NCBI GenBank assembly: GCA_002269645.1
Contig: NIVC01000075.1
Span: forward strand, 1-64,000
Direction: 5' to 3'
DNA: 64,000 nt
From: Macrostomum lignano
Taxonomy: Eukaryota
A program made the translations under genes and the position numbers. Each line of letters opens with the position of its first letter. Within the stretch, counting starts at the first letter, position 1. This document shows positions 1 to 13,200 of the stretch, in pieces. The notes beneath the pieces were generated by a model, which had not been told where the DNA came from, ran no database searches, and saw only the letters and a list, made by a program, of their open reading frames with translations.

Positions 1-1354
1 CTAAAAATAGACTAATAGGTCTCGAGGGAAATACCGGTGCTTATTTAAGGCAACTCTCGAGAATTTAAGATGGCTATATTCTCAAGAATACCAAAATGGC
101 CTAGCCTTGTTTCATTTGAGCAAAATGAGTTCTGTGTTGCATTATCGCTCAGGGATGGACGACTATTCGTATTAAAATCTGCTACTAATAACCTAACTAA
201 AGATGACTACTACTAGCATTCAACCTACTATTGAAGCTATTGAAGCTTTTGTTAAGGTAATGTTAAGACTAGATCACTGGACAATAGACACGGACCTGCG
301 TTAGGTTAGCTAACCAAGTAACCTTGGCTAACCTAACTGCGTTGCATTAAGTTAGAGTTCACGAAAGTGGATTTCTTTCTTCAATTTTTCAACTGTCTCC
401 CATTTGTGTGCTAATAGGTACTGTTCAGGCTGAGGAACTGAGGAAGGGTGCACACAGGGCCCCTGCCTCTAATTACTCTAAAAAAGCACTTTGAAATCGT
501 CTCGCAGCAAAGCACAAAATGCTATTGGAAGTACATGAGCTGAGAGTAGCAGCGGAGATTTTATACCTAGGTTTAAAATGCAGGTGTAAAATCAGGTTTC
601 ATTTCGTGTGCATTAGCTATACTGTAGATGGATATTGCTAGGCTGTAGAAAAAAGGAGCCTAATTGATAGGCTTTATCAAAGCAGATTTTTAAATCCTGT
701 CTTCTCTGATAGAAGTGGATATGCAGGCTTTTTGCCTGCTAGAGTAATGCTCTTTTGTTGAAAAAAGGAATCATGTAAACCAACTGCAAGCCTCATTCAT
801 AAAACAGTTGGTGGTTCTTATACAGGAGATAGAAAGGCCTATGGATGAATGAGTATGGATGTGGATAGATAGATGGATAAGATATTTTAGGCTCGTGAAG
901 CTTGGTTGTGCAGAGTCTTCTATACCTCAGAAATATTGGGCTATATATTTTTCTGTGTAAGCTACAAATACATGAATTTGAACTCCCAGCTTCTAAAAGA
1001 CTGCTTGTGCTCTTTGTTATTCAAGACTGCTCAGAATTTTTTTTTTTTTTTGTTCAGCAGAGTCTCAGCTTAAACTCAAAATTCCATATGCTTTTTTATA
1101 ATTTGCTTGCCGCTAAAATTAAGCGAAAAATCCTGCAGATGTATTTGACCTTCAGGCAGACAGATGTAGCTCGGTAAAGTACATTTAGCATTGCACTGGA
1201 ATTTAAATTCCGCACTTGTTCATTCTAATTAAAGGAGCCACATGGTCAGCTGTAATTTCTTTCTAATCACATCCGTATCCTTCAAAACCACCTGTAGTGG
1301 ATGCATTTCAAGTCGCCAGTGGACCAGCTATTTAATTCCCGTATGTTCTCCTCA

Positions 1355-2097
1355 TTAAAGACGGACGTAAAACGGTCCAAAAATAGAATTTGTGATCGCC
1401 ATTGGCACGGCAGCAAAGCTGAACAGGTGGCACAGGCTCTGTTGCTGTGTATAGATGAAGGCCTGGCAGCTGGAGTTGCATTTAAGTGCGCAGTTCAGTT
1501 CGTCTCCGGCACTGGCGGTCCAGTAAGTCGGATTTGAGTAGCTCGATGTCGTCTGCAGGAACTGTCTCGGCGACTCACGGAATCGGTGGCAGAGGCCTGA
1601 GAAGTGAACGAAATAAATAATGTGACGAAATTGTAGCTCTTTCTTTGGATATTTAGGCGAACGTATTTATAATTACCTGTACGAGCATAAGTCAGTGAGT
1701 ACACAGAGTTTTTGCTGAAACCGCCACATATTTGAGACGAGTTTCCGGAGCATTTGCTTTTGCACTCAGACGCGGTGCCATGGCGTCCGTAGCTGGTGCC
1801 GCAGTAGCAGCCAACGCCACTCTGTAGTCCGCAGTACGGGAATCCGCCCAGCGAGCAGATTCTGCTGCACAGCTCGATTGTCATTCCCGAGCTGCCTGGC
1901 ACGGCGTATCCATAGCTAGACTGCACTTTGAAAATTCCAAGTTGGCTGATGCCAACCAGGGAGTTGAGATCGCGACTCGCTGAGCTGTCAAAATAGCAGC
2001 CAAGATAGGCTAAGCTGGCGATTCTTGCATTGACAGATGACATCAGAAGCAAGATTGACAGGACCAGGAAACTGTTCTTGCTCTGATTGACAGTCAT
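1355..2097 (-). CDS. Secreted WSC-domain + PAN/apple-like domain protein (2 exons, about 220 aa)
   Basis: Exon 1 (2097-1677) encodes a signal peptide (SFLVLSILLLMSSVNA) and a WSC domain (YLGCYFD...MTIELCSRIC...YCGLQSGVGCYCG...CKSKCSGNSSQICGG). The 80-bp intron 1676-1597 runs GTAATT...TTCTCAG, phase 1. Exon 2 (1596-1355) translates to GLCHRFRE...ELNCALKCNSSCQAFIYTQQQSLCHLF...FYVRL*, whose Cys spacing is PAN/apple-like. Confidence 0.85.
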
Positions 2098-3437
2098 GGC
2101 TCGCCAGAAAAGTGCAGATTAGTTTGCTGGTATAGTTTGATAAGAGAGCGTTTGATTTTTGGCACGAACTGAACTTGAAGATCAATTGTATACTTCACTG
2201 AGAGACTTTCTCGGGTCTTCCCAATCTTCCGGATGTATGAAGTATCTATCGCCCGTACTGCCTAGGACTCGTAGTGAGGTGTGACAATAGAATTAATTGC
2301 CTTGTTTTTTAGTTTTGTGCTCTAGCTTTTAGTATATTCATGCCTGGTTGGCATGCTGAATAAGGGAATTCGACAGATCCGGTCTTCTGAAGCACAGAAG
2401 CCAGTTTTGGGGGCCTTGTGATACCTAACTGAAAGCAGATTCCACAGCCCCGTTTCGATCGCTGATTGGCCTCATCTTCCTATGCGTGTCGCAGCTGTCA
2501 CTAACCCTAACAGCCAATAATTTTTTTAAATCTCGCCATGGTAACTTGTATTGAAGTACAGTCATGATTACAAGGCTTGCTGGGCTTTAGGCTTCTAACT
2601 CTTGTAGCTTAAACTCGAGCTGGCTAACTTCTGTTCCTTGCTAAAAAAACTACTGGTTTGGCATAATGTTATGCGATAACTAGTTTTAACAGTACCCTGC
2701 GAGCACTCGTTGCAGAGGCTGAAAAACTTGACTGAAAGTCCAAAATTTGTCAAAAAGTCTCTACACTGAAAATCTTACGAGTGTGCTTAAGCTTTGAGAA
2801 GTGAGTGTCCTGAAACAGGGCATCACCAGTTTTTGATTTACGGTAATGGAATAAGTCTGGGAGTGTTAAGTGGTAACTCACCCACTCATACGCCAAATTC
2901 CTCAGGTTCCATTCCCCACGTCCAACTGTTGATCGAAAGTCCCAGGTTTAATTCCCCACTCGGCCACATTAATTTCGGAATCGTTCATGACAATCGTGCG
3001 ATTCACGCAGAAAGGTGTACACTGACTGACGATGAGAAAATCAGGGCCCGCTGTACATTCCTGTGAGGGCGTGCGCATCTTTATGCGTCTGTGTTCTCAG
3101 GGGTCAGCGGAATGGGCATGACCTCCTGCCTCATCGCTGGCTGCGGGTCGGCTGTCCAAACCCCCCCCCCCAATTTGCTGTCGGTGCATATTTTCTGAAA
3201 GCATGCGAAACAGATTGTCATCACTGATTTGGCTGGTCAGTGTCTTTCGAAGGCTATATAATGTGCCAAGCCTTGACTTGACTCAGCTGCAGGGGCATCT
3301 GGGCACCCGGATACATCGGAGGCGTTGACGCCTATTCCGTTAACCCTAGCGACCACGGGTAGCTGGTGCTGCGGTGTCGCGCAAGGAGATCCGGTGGTTC
3401 CGGTGTCTCCGCGAGAGTCCAGGAGGTGGATGGTCGC

Positions 3438-3790
3438 TCACCCGGTAGCCCTTAGGTAGCGGACGAGCTGGCAGAGATTCTCTAAATGAAAAATTTAGGT
3501 CCGTTTTTGGGCCGAGGTAGGTGAGCCTGTCCTGAGTAAAGACGGGAATTCACAGATGAAGTGCTCCGGATACTCCACACTGGAGAGGCAGAATGGGCAT
3601 TTTTTACTGCGGATCTTTCCCTGGAGTTAGCGATGCATGTCAAAACAGCCATGACTCGAGATGACCATGGTTGCCGTCCTGATGTCCCCCTGTGTAGGGC
3701 GAGGGAAGGTACGAAGCCACTATGCGTCATTACGCAGCCTATTCTTAGTGTGATCGCCCAAAATTGTCCCGATAATGTGATGGCAGTTGT
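3438..3790 (-). mobile_element. Degenerate 3' end of a non-LTR retrotransposon ORF2 (C-terminal CCHC zinc-knuckle region)
   Basis: Manual translation across stops and frameshifts gives DIRTATMVISSHGCFDMHR*LQGKIRSKKCPFCLSSVEYPEHFICEFP...DRLTYLG...LCQLVRYLRATG*. This matches the CX2CX8HX4C end typical of I/Loa/R1-group LINEs, with the last Cys changed to Phe. Confidence 0.55.
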
Positions 3791-4789
3791 TTAAACGTTT
3801 ATTTTACGATTCAGTTCGTCCGGGGTTTGCTACAGGCTTTTCGAAGGACACCGTAAAATGAACCGAACCGAAAAGCAAAGTGCAAACTGGCTTATGAATG
3901 CTTCATCCTGTCGGGTCTGGGAGGTGTGCATTTATACGATAGCAGCTTAGGCACATCAGATGATGTCTGAAAATTTTATTCTACGATTCCATTTGCACAT
4001 GCTAATTCTCAGGTATTAGCCTGTGAATCTACCATGCTAATGAGTCAACATACACTCGTAGGCAGGTGCATGATGGTACGTTTTTCGGCAATTATTATTG
4101 ACAATTAGCAGCATCTGACTAAACCGTTGTATACATACTTTTACTCAGAAGCAATAGCAATTTTAGCCATTATTTTTAGTATATAGGATTCCACAGTTGC
4201 TCCTCATCTACGCATTTCATGGCATGACTGCTTTCCCCACCTTTATGTCTGTTTACCTTTCTTGTATCTGTGCATTAGCGTGAAAAAGGTGTGGAATAAT
4301 GACATCTGTGCTGGGCTATATAATGCATTTTAATTCGTAGCTTTTTAAACAATAGTCAGACACACGCGTACTTAACAGTCTACCTGTACTATTGTCACTA
4401 TAATAATAGAAATGTTACATTTTTATTCCAGTGTCTATAGTCGTCTATCTTTTCACCACGAAGTTTGCTGGCAGAGAGAGAGACAAATGCCCATTTGAAT
4501 GTACACACATACATGTAGTACTTTTGTGTACAAACGTATGCAACATGTAGCATTAATGTAAACTGCACTTGTCAATCCAGTTTTGCACAAAGAAGTTCGT
4601 ACTTTTGCAGCCTACCTAGAAGCAGAAATATGAAAGCGGAAAGCTAGAAACAAATATGAGTGCCTGACAGCGGAACTGAATTTGAGTTTTTTGCTGACAA
4701 ATTTGGTTGTCTGCTTTGGTTTGGTGATGCACTGCAACTAAGGGCGTTGCCTCTCCATCATTTCCTTTCAGGGGCTTTTTTAGAGGCGC

Positions 4790-4830
4790 CAACCACCAGC
4801 GGCTTTAGCACCAGCGGCTTTAGCACCAGG
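4790..4830. repeat. Short (about 3 copies) 15-bp repeat, inverted relative to the array at 6416-6745
   Basis: The unit ACCAG(C/G)GGCTTTAGC is the reverse complement of GCTAAAGCC(G/C)CTGGT. Confidence 0.8.
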
Positions 4831-5353
4831 GGCTTTAGACTGAACTAAACGAAAATTGAATGATTGTAGCGCTTCAAAGTGAAGATTTAGGATGCGAAAT
4901 TCGCAGTCAAGCGCAGGCATTAAGAGTGATCATTTCTGTTACATTGCGGTGCGTTTAGAAAAAATTGTTTAATCCTGGTTGCTGCTCAGAGACGATATGT
5001 TCTGCTGATAATATATGCGAGTGCGTTTATATTTATATTTGAAAGAAAAATGTACACAATGATTATTTAAGCAGAAACGGCTTAATACAATATTGATGGA
5101 TGCTGAATAGTTACTAATGAAGAGTAGTAGTATAAGCATCTAAATTGCAATAAAATCTAATGAGAATAATAAATATCGGGTTCAATAATTAATTAACATG
5201 CCTATCATAGCAAACACATGTTAATTTAGACATAGAAAGCAATTAAAGCGAAACTTTTAATATCAATTAGCAGTTTTACAGATAGGCAATGCACGCAATG
5301 CATGCACACTGACAAGATGCCAAGTTCAAAACTACGCTAGTATCAAAACAGCA

Positions 5354-5725
<372 letters not shown>

Positions 5726-5830
5726 CCTCAGCATAAAGTCACCCTCCCTTGCCTGGTCTTAGAAAAGTCCACGATAAAGTCCGTGAAGTCCTCAGTAAAG
5801 TCTCATGCGCAATAGAACTCTCATTCAGGC

Positions 5831-7918
5831 TCACAATGAAGCCAAAGCTTTCGGATCCTCAACGAAAGCCTTGGCCATCTCGATCAGCTGACCCTCGAAC
5901 AGGTCGATTAGGCGCTGGCGCTCTTCAGTAGCCAGCCGCTTAGCCAGCCGAGAGAGTTTCTTGGCTCCACTGACCCCGTTCTCGCATTGAATCTGCGGCT
6001 TGCCGAGAACCGGGTAGCTCACCAGCCCCGATTCGGCTGCAACCAGAGCCACTCGCTTCTCGGCAAAGTCGCCCTCCAGGCCCAGTCGCAGACAGACTCT
6101 CTCGCAAGTGACGGAAATTTTAGCGGGCGGCAACGCGACGCAGCCGGCGCAACAGCCGGCACCAATTTCGGAATCTGCGCCAAAACTGGCAGCCAAAGGG
6201 CCGGCGTTGAACTTGAAGCGGGCCTTGAAAGTGCTGCCGTCCACCGTTACCTGAGCAGAGTTGGAGGTAGGATGGAATGGGGCACGAGTCCAATTATTGG
6301 ATCATGGCTGCGTAGAAAAATAAAGGCCAAAAAGATGATTTAAAGAATTACGAATAAAGGGGGACTTTCAGAAGGCTTGACTAACAAGCGAACTGGCAAC
6401 GGTTTAAGGGCTGGTTCTCTGGTGCTAAAGCCCTGGTGCTAAAGCCCCTGGTGCTAAAGCCCCTGGTGCTAAAGCCCCTGGTGCTAAAGCCCCTGGTGCT
6501 AAAGCCCCTGGTGCTAAAGCCCCTGGTGCTAAAGCCCCTGGTGCTAAAGCCCCTGGTGCTAAAGCCCCTGGTGCTAAAGCCCCTGGTGCTAAAGCCCCTG
6601 GTGCTAAAGCCCCTGGTGCTAAAGCCCCTGGTGCTAAAGCCCCTGGTGCTAAAGCCCCTGGTGCTAAAGCCACTGGTGCTAAAGCCACTGGTGCTAAAGC
6701 CCCTGGTGCTAAAGCCCCTGGTGCTAAAGCCACTGGTGCTAAAGCCCATTATGCTGGCAGTATTAGCTGGCATGAACACATAACTACACAAAAATACTTA
6801 CGTTCGATGCGCAAATTAGAAAATACTCGAAATCGAAGTATTCGAAATCAAATCGAACCTAGGACTATGCAACAGTTGATTGTAACAGAATCAAAAAAAC
6901 GGGGTGCTTTCACAAGGTCGAAATTTCACAACGTCGAAAAGTAAATTATTTCACAAGGTCGAAACTTCACAAGGTCGAAATTTCACAACATCGAAAACTT
7001 TAGCAAGAGACTTCATAAGGTCGAAATTTCATAAGGTCGAAATTTCACAAGGTCGAAAACTCAAATAGCAGCCACTTTCACAAGGTCGAAACTTCACAAG
7101 GTCGAAATTTCACAACATCGAAAAATCTAGCAAGAGATTTCATACTCGTAAGGTCGAAATTTCATAAGGTCGAAATTTCATAACATCGAAAACTCAAGTG
7201 CAGCCACTTTCACAAGGTCGAAACTTCATAAGCTCGAAATTTCACAAAGTCGAAAATTTTATATATCAAGAACCATACAGTAGTTTTCTACATTGTGAAA
7301 TTTCGACCTTATGAAATTTCGACCTTATGAAGTCTCTTGCTAAAGTTTTCGATGTTGTGAAATTTCGACCTTGTGAAATTTCTACCTTATGAAAGTGGCT
7401 GCTTTTCGAGTTTTCGATGTTGTGAAATTTCGACCTTGTGAATTTTCGACCTTATGAAGTCCTTTGCTAAAGTTTTCGATGTTGTGAAATTTCGACCTTG
7501 TGAAGTTTCGACCTTGTGAAAGTGGCTGCTATTTGAGTTTTCGATGTTATGAAATTTCGACGTTGTGAAATTTCGAGTTTGTGAAACCCCCCCCCCAAAA
7601 AACATGTAGATTCGCGGAAAGCTTGCCTCTGTATCGTCCTCAACGCTAGCGAGACTTGCCAGCCAGTAGCTTGGCAGTCCCTCAGCTTAGCGCTGGCTGT
7701 CAAGCCGCAACACGAGGGCAGAAGCCGCAGAACAGCGGCACAGCGAATTCCACTGTTCGATCATCTGGACCCTTGAAGGGGTCTAGGCCGGACGAACGAA
7801 CGTGCTCATTAAGTCGAGTTACAAGCCGTTGGGCCAAAGCGGCCACGCGGTCCTGCGTCAGTTGGCCGGCCATTTGGCCAGCAGCTTTGGTGGCAGCCTG
7901 CACTGCCGCCTCCTTCAT
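5831..7918 (-). CDS. Uncharacterised protein of about 240 aa, possibly TULIP (Der p 7/JHBP/BPI-like) lipid-binding fold; 2 exons, two 1-bp gaps in exon 1
   Basis: Exon 1 runs from about 7918 to 7627 (MKEAAVQ...SSGLDPFKGPDDRTVEF...) and needs two +1C corrections to read CPPCCGLTASAKLRDCQATGLASLASVEDDTE. The donor is GAG|GCAAGC (GC-AG, phase 0) and the acceptor is CTCTGCTCAG| at 6251. Exon 2 (6250-5831) reads VTVDGSTFKARFKF...DLFEGQLIEMAKAFVEDPKALASL*. The fold call rests on pattern only. Confidence 0.6.
6416..6745. repeat. 15-bp minisatellite (GGTGCTAAAGCCCCT)n, about 22 copies, intronic
   Basis: Near-perfect tandem array. Confidence 0.97.
6901..7596. mobile_element. Foldback/Mutator-like non-autonomous element with long inverted arms built of 16-bp subrepeats
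   Basis: The left arm (6901-about 7260) consists of TTTCACAAGGTCGAAA-type units; the right arm (about 7290-7596) is the reverse complement. About 6965-7050 pairs with about 7292-7378. Both termini start with G-rich sequence followed by TTTCACAA..CGAAATTTCACAACGTCGAAA. The flanks CAAAAAAAC and CAAAAAAC are a possible 8-9 bp TSD. Confidence 0.75.
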
Positions 7919-9092
7919 TGCGGAAAAGTTGCTCAGCTGATTCTGTGGATTTGCGTTTTTTTCGGAGTTTTTTTCGCAATTGTGTTTCATCGAAACGTTC
8001 TTTTGACGTTGCTTTAGCACAGCAGGCACGCACTCATACACACGCTCCACACAGCGGCCCTGAACTTCTAATCGCCAGGCATCAACACTCTAAAAGCCTG
8101 GGGGGTTTGGCCCTCGTGAGTGTGAATTGCACCACAACCACAGGCCAGCGCGAAAGTCAGACGCGTTTACCACTGGGCTGCTCTGCACCATCAGGAAGGC
8201 TTTCAGGACTGAGAAGTTTTGTATGTGTTAGATAGCTCGTAAATGCTGTACTATTAAGTACACTCTTAAATGAAGTTTTTTTACTTCGTAAAAGTATGAA
8301 TGAGTGCAAAATTCTTACCAAGTTATCCATTTAAACTCGACCTTTGGTGCACAATTAGTTAAATTCTGAAGAAGATATCGCTGCTTTAGTATCTTCCCTG
8401 CACTGTACTAAGAAGCGGGGTTGACTTCATATTTTGGGCAGAATAGAAATGCAAAAATGCAACAAGCTGCAAGCATGAGTGTGCGCTTCAAGCAGCACGT
8501 ACGTCTCCGAACCCGATAGAGCCGAACGAAATTCCAATTCCCTCGTCCTGGCATTTCCTCCCGGCTTCCCAGCTTAGCAGATCAATAACAGCTGGACAGA
8601 GGGGGATACGGGGATAGCTAGCAGTGCGCGATGCGCGTCTCCGTTGGATGGCCTGCGCTTTCATGAGCCGATTTCTGGTGCAACAAGGACATGTCGTTTT
8701 TTTCTGTACAAAACTGTACAACGAATCTTTAATTTCGGATTACATATGCTTTCCGCTTTGACACGATTTTACATTCGACATAGGCAGTGCGCATGGCTTC
8801 TATGTACGATTAAATAGACCAAAAAATATATGGCCCATTCTGGGTTTTTTAAAAGTCCTTTTCATGCATCGATCGGCTAGTGTATGACCGTATGACTCCA
8901 GTGTGTCAATTTGCTCCTATTTGCTTTTCATGAATGAGTAGTCCACAACGTGGCAATTCAATGGCTCAAAATTAGAGCTACATGCTTGGATTTAGAAATT
9001 TGCCACAAAACGGCGATCTAGCTACGGTCAAAGTAACTTACCATTCAAATCGACATTTGTTACAGTTGTAATCTATGCATTTTTGTGTTTAA

Positions 9093-9305
9093 GGGGTTTG
9101 TAGCCTAGTGGTCAGAGCGTCGGACTCACGACTGAAAGGTCGTCGGACTCGTCGTCCTTGAGCAAGACTTAACTTTACATTGCTTCAATTCACCCAGCTG
9201 TCCTTGGACTGAACAGCTGTGCGCGGCCTTCAGAATAGCTGCGGCTGAGTTGTCGGTTGCACATCTGCCCATTGGGGCAGTTGTAGTCAGTTATTATTAT
9301 TTATT
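9093..9305 (+). mobile_element. tRNA-derived CORE-type SINE (internally deleted copy)
   Basis: A-box TAGCCTAGTGG, tRNA-like GGACTCACGACTGAAAGG, CORE-like CCTTGAGCAAGAC-TTAAC...TTCACCCAGCTGT and a (TTA)n tail. It is homologous to 44667-44966. Confidence 0.85.
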
Positions 9306-10251
9306 AATATGCTCATGTAAGTCAAGGAATTTTTTCAACTTCAGTATCAAAGCCTGTGCCATATTGCTAATAAATTGATTTGTTTAACTGCATCAGTGGA
9401 AACAGAAGCTACAACAATACACATCGGTACTGCAGCAATTTTGCTCTGCCAACATTTTCTAAGAATTGTGGCGCCAGTAAGCATGGCAACGAGCGGATTC
9501 CTGTTCAGTCAAGAACGCTAAACTAAAACGGTCTAGAGCCTAGTCCAACAGCTGAAACCTTTTGTATCGGCGCGGATGATATGACCTGACAGTTAGAAGT
9601 TGTCGCTCACTGAATCACCTAAAGGCCATTGCAGTGTGCGTCAACTTGTTGTACGAGAAAGTCTGTCACAAAGTCTGTCAGCTCCTAAAGTAGTTCTAAA
9701 AGATTCTGAATCTATTTTTTAAACTACGGTAAAATGCAAATGGCAGAGGCTGAGAAGATAATGATTCTCACAGCAATTTTAAGCTTTCATAATAACCCAA
9801 CCCAAGCTCCTAAATAGAACCGTTTCTTGCAATCTAAGCGTCAAATTTTTGAAACGCTCGCGTGCGAAGAGGATGGTTCGCAAAACTTTCTTGCCACAAT
9901 GCCCTTCTTTAACTCAAAAAGTGCATCAGATAAACTTGTAGACGGCTAAAAAGGTTAAGAGGCAGTTTTGTGTAAACTTTTATTGGAATACTTAATCGTG
10001 GGAAATTGTTCCGCACAATTCACATCGAATACTGGGCACAGGGTGCCAAAAAACGGTTGAGCTTGCTAAATAACAATGAAAAGTTCCAACGGAAACGCCC
10101 AAGTTTCACATGCCTAAGAAAGGCGATAGCTTCTGACAAAACATGAAAAGTTTGCCTAAAAGGTTGAATAACAGAATTTGAAGTTGCAACCGAACACTTC
10201 GTGGCTTAACCAAAACATCAGAAATCTAAACAAAAAAGCTCTGCTAAACAC

Positions 10252-13200
10252 ATGTCAAAGAAAGCGCTACCATCGATCAGCAGCAAGTACTGCCTTTGGG
10301 TCTGTATGCTGCTACTGTACATGACGCAAACAATACAGGGCTCTACAACAGTAAATACAGAACCTGTTACAGCAACAGTAAAAACCGAACTATCGACTAC
10401 AGAAGGAGACTTAACTGCGTCGGAAGACACAACTCAGAATCCATCGATGTCTGCAGAACCACCGACTGATAAAACAATGAACTTCTCTCCTTCTGCTGAG
10501 ACACCAACTGATTCGACGATGGACCCATCTCCTTCTGCAGGGCCATTAACTGACTCGACAATGGACCCATCTCCTTCTGCAGAGCCATTAACTGACTCGA
10601 CAATGGACCCATCTCCTTCTGCTGAGACACCAACTGATTCGACGATGGACCCATCTCCTTCTGCAGAGCCATTAACTGACTCGACAATGGACCCATCTCC
10701 TTCTGCTGAGACACCAACTGACTCGACAATGGACCCATCTCCTTCTGCTGAGACACCAACTGACTCGACAATGGACCCATCTCCTTCTGCAGAGCCATCA
10801 ACTGATTCGACGATGGACCCATCTCCTTCTGCAGAGCCATTAACTGACACGACAATGGACCCATCTCCTTCTGCAGAGCCATCAACTAACTCGACAATGG
10901 ACCCATCTCCTTCTGCAGAGCCATCAACTAACTCGACAATGGACCCATCTCCTGCAGAGCCATCAACTGACTCGACAATGGACCCATCTCCTGCAGGGCC
11001 ATCAACTGACTCGACAATGGACCCATTTCCTTCTGCAGAGCCATTAACTGACTCGACAATGGACCCATCTCCTTATGCAGAGCCATTAACTGACTCGACA
11101 ATGGACCCATCTCCTGCAGGGCCATCAACTGACTCGACAATGGACCCATCTCCTTCTGCAGAGCCATCAACTGACTCGACAATGGACCCATCTCCTTCTG
11201 CAGAGCCATCAACTGACTCGACAATGGACCCATCTCCTGCAGAGCCAATAACTGATTCGACAATGGACCTATCTCCTTCTGCAGAGACATCAGCGGATAC
11301 ATCTACGAACTCATCGATTGCTACTGAATCAATTACTATTTCATCGACTAATTCTCCTTCACCATCGACTGAAACAACTCTTCATCCATTAACCACAGGA
11401 CCTCCACCGCAGACTGACACAACTATCAATACTTTAACCACAGGTCCTTCACCACCAACTGACACGACTGTCAATCCTTTAACCACAGGTCCTTCAACAC
11501 CAACTGACACAACTGTCAATCCAACAACTGGACCTCCATCACCGGCTGAAACGACTGTCGATCCAACAACTGGACCTCCACCACCGTCTGACACAACTGT
11601 CAATCCTTTAACCACAGGTCCTTCAACACCAACTGACACGACTGTCAATCCAACAACTGGACCTCCATCACCGGCTGAAACGACTGTCAATCCAACAACT
11701 GGACCTCCATCACCGGCTGAAACGACTGTCGATCCAACAACTGGACCTCCATCACCGGCTGAAACGACTGTCAATCCAACAACTGGACCTCCATCACCGG
11801 CTGAAACGACTGTCGATCCAACAACTGGACCTCCATCACCGGCTGAAACGACTGTCGATCCAACAACTGGACCTCCATCACCGGCTGAAACGACTGTCGA
11901 TCCAACAACTGGACCTCCATCACCGGCTGAAACGACTGTCAATCCAACAACTGGACCTCCATCACCGGCTAAAACGACTGTCAATCCAACAACTGGACCT
12001 CCATCACCGGCTGAAACGACTGTCGATCCAACAACTGGACCTCCATCACCGGCTGACACAACTGTCAATCCTTTAACCACAGGTCCTTCAACACCAACTG
12101 ACACGACTGTCAATCCAACAACTGGACCTCCATCACCGGCTGACACAACTGTCAATCCTTTAACCACAGGTCCTTCAACACCAACTGACACGACTGTCAA
12201 TCCAACAACTGGACCTCCATCACCGGCTGAAACGACTGTCGATCCAACAACTGGACCTCCATCACCGGCTGAAACGACTGTCGATCCAACAACTGGACCT
12301 CCATCACCGGCTGAAACGACTGTCAATCCAACAACTGGACCTCCATCACCGGCTGAAACGACTGTCAATCCAACAACTGGACCTCCATCACCGGCTGAAA
12401 CGACTGTCGATCCAACAACTGGACCTCCATCACCGGCTGACACAACTGTCAATCCTTTAACCACAGGTCCTTCAACACCAACTGACACGACTGTCAATCC
12501 AACAACTGGACCTCCATCACCGGCTGACACAACTGTCAATCCTTTAACCACAGGTCCTTCAACACCAACTGACACGACTGTCAATCCAACAACTGGACCT
12601 CCATCACCGGCTGAAACGACTGTCGATCCAACAACTGGACCTCCATCACCGGCTGAAACGACTGTCGATCCAACAACTGGACCTCCATCACCGGCTGAAA
12701 CGACTGTCGATCCAACAACTGGACCTCCATCACCGGCTGAAACGACTGTCAATCAACAACTGGACCTCCATCACCGGCTGAAACGACTGTCAATCCAACA
12801 ACTGGACCTCCACCACCGTCTGACACAACTGTCAATCCTTTAACACAGGTCCTTCAACACCAACTGACACGACTGTCAATCCAACAACTGGACCTCCATC
12901 ACCGGCTGAAACGACTGTCGATCCAACAACTGGACCTCCAACACCGGCTGAAACGACTGTCGATCCAACAACTGGACCTCCATCACCGGCTGAAACGACT
13001 GTCAATCCAACAACTGGACCTCCATCACCGGCTGAAACGACTGTCAATCCAACAACTGGACCTCCATCACCGGCTGAAACGACTGTCGATCCAACAACTG
13101 GACCTCCATCACCGGCTGAAACGACTGTCAATCCAACAACTGGACCTCCATCACCGGCTGAAACGACTGTCGATCCAACAACTGGACCTCCATCACCGGC

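Noticed and set aside
2340-2640. Possible LINE fragment
   Set aside because: Only a vague LWN-like motif; insufficient evidence.
8488-8721. 77-aa minus-strand ORF in a GC-richer patch
   Set aside because: No recognisable domain and no convincing splice sites or start context.
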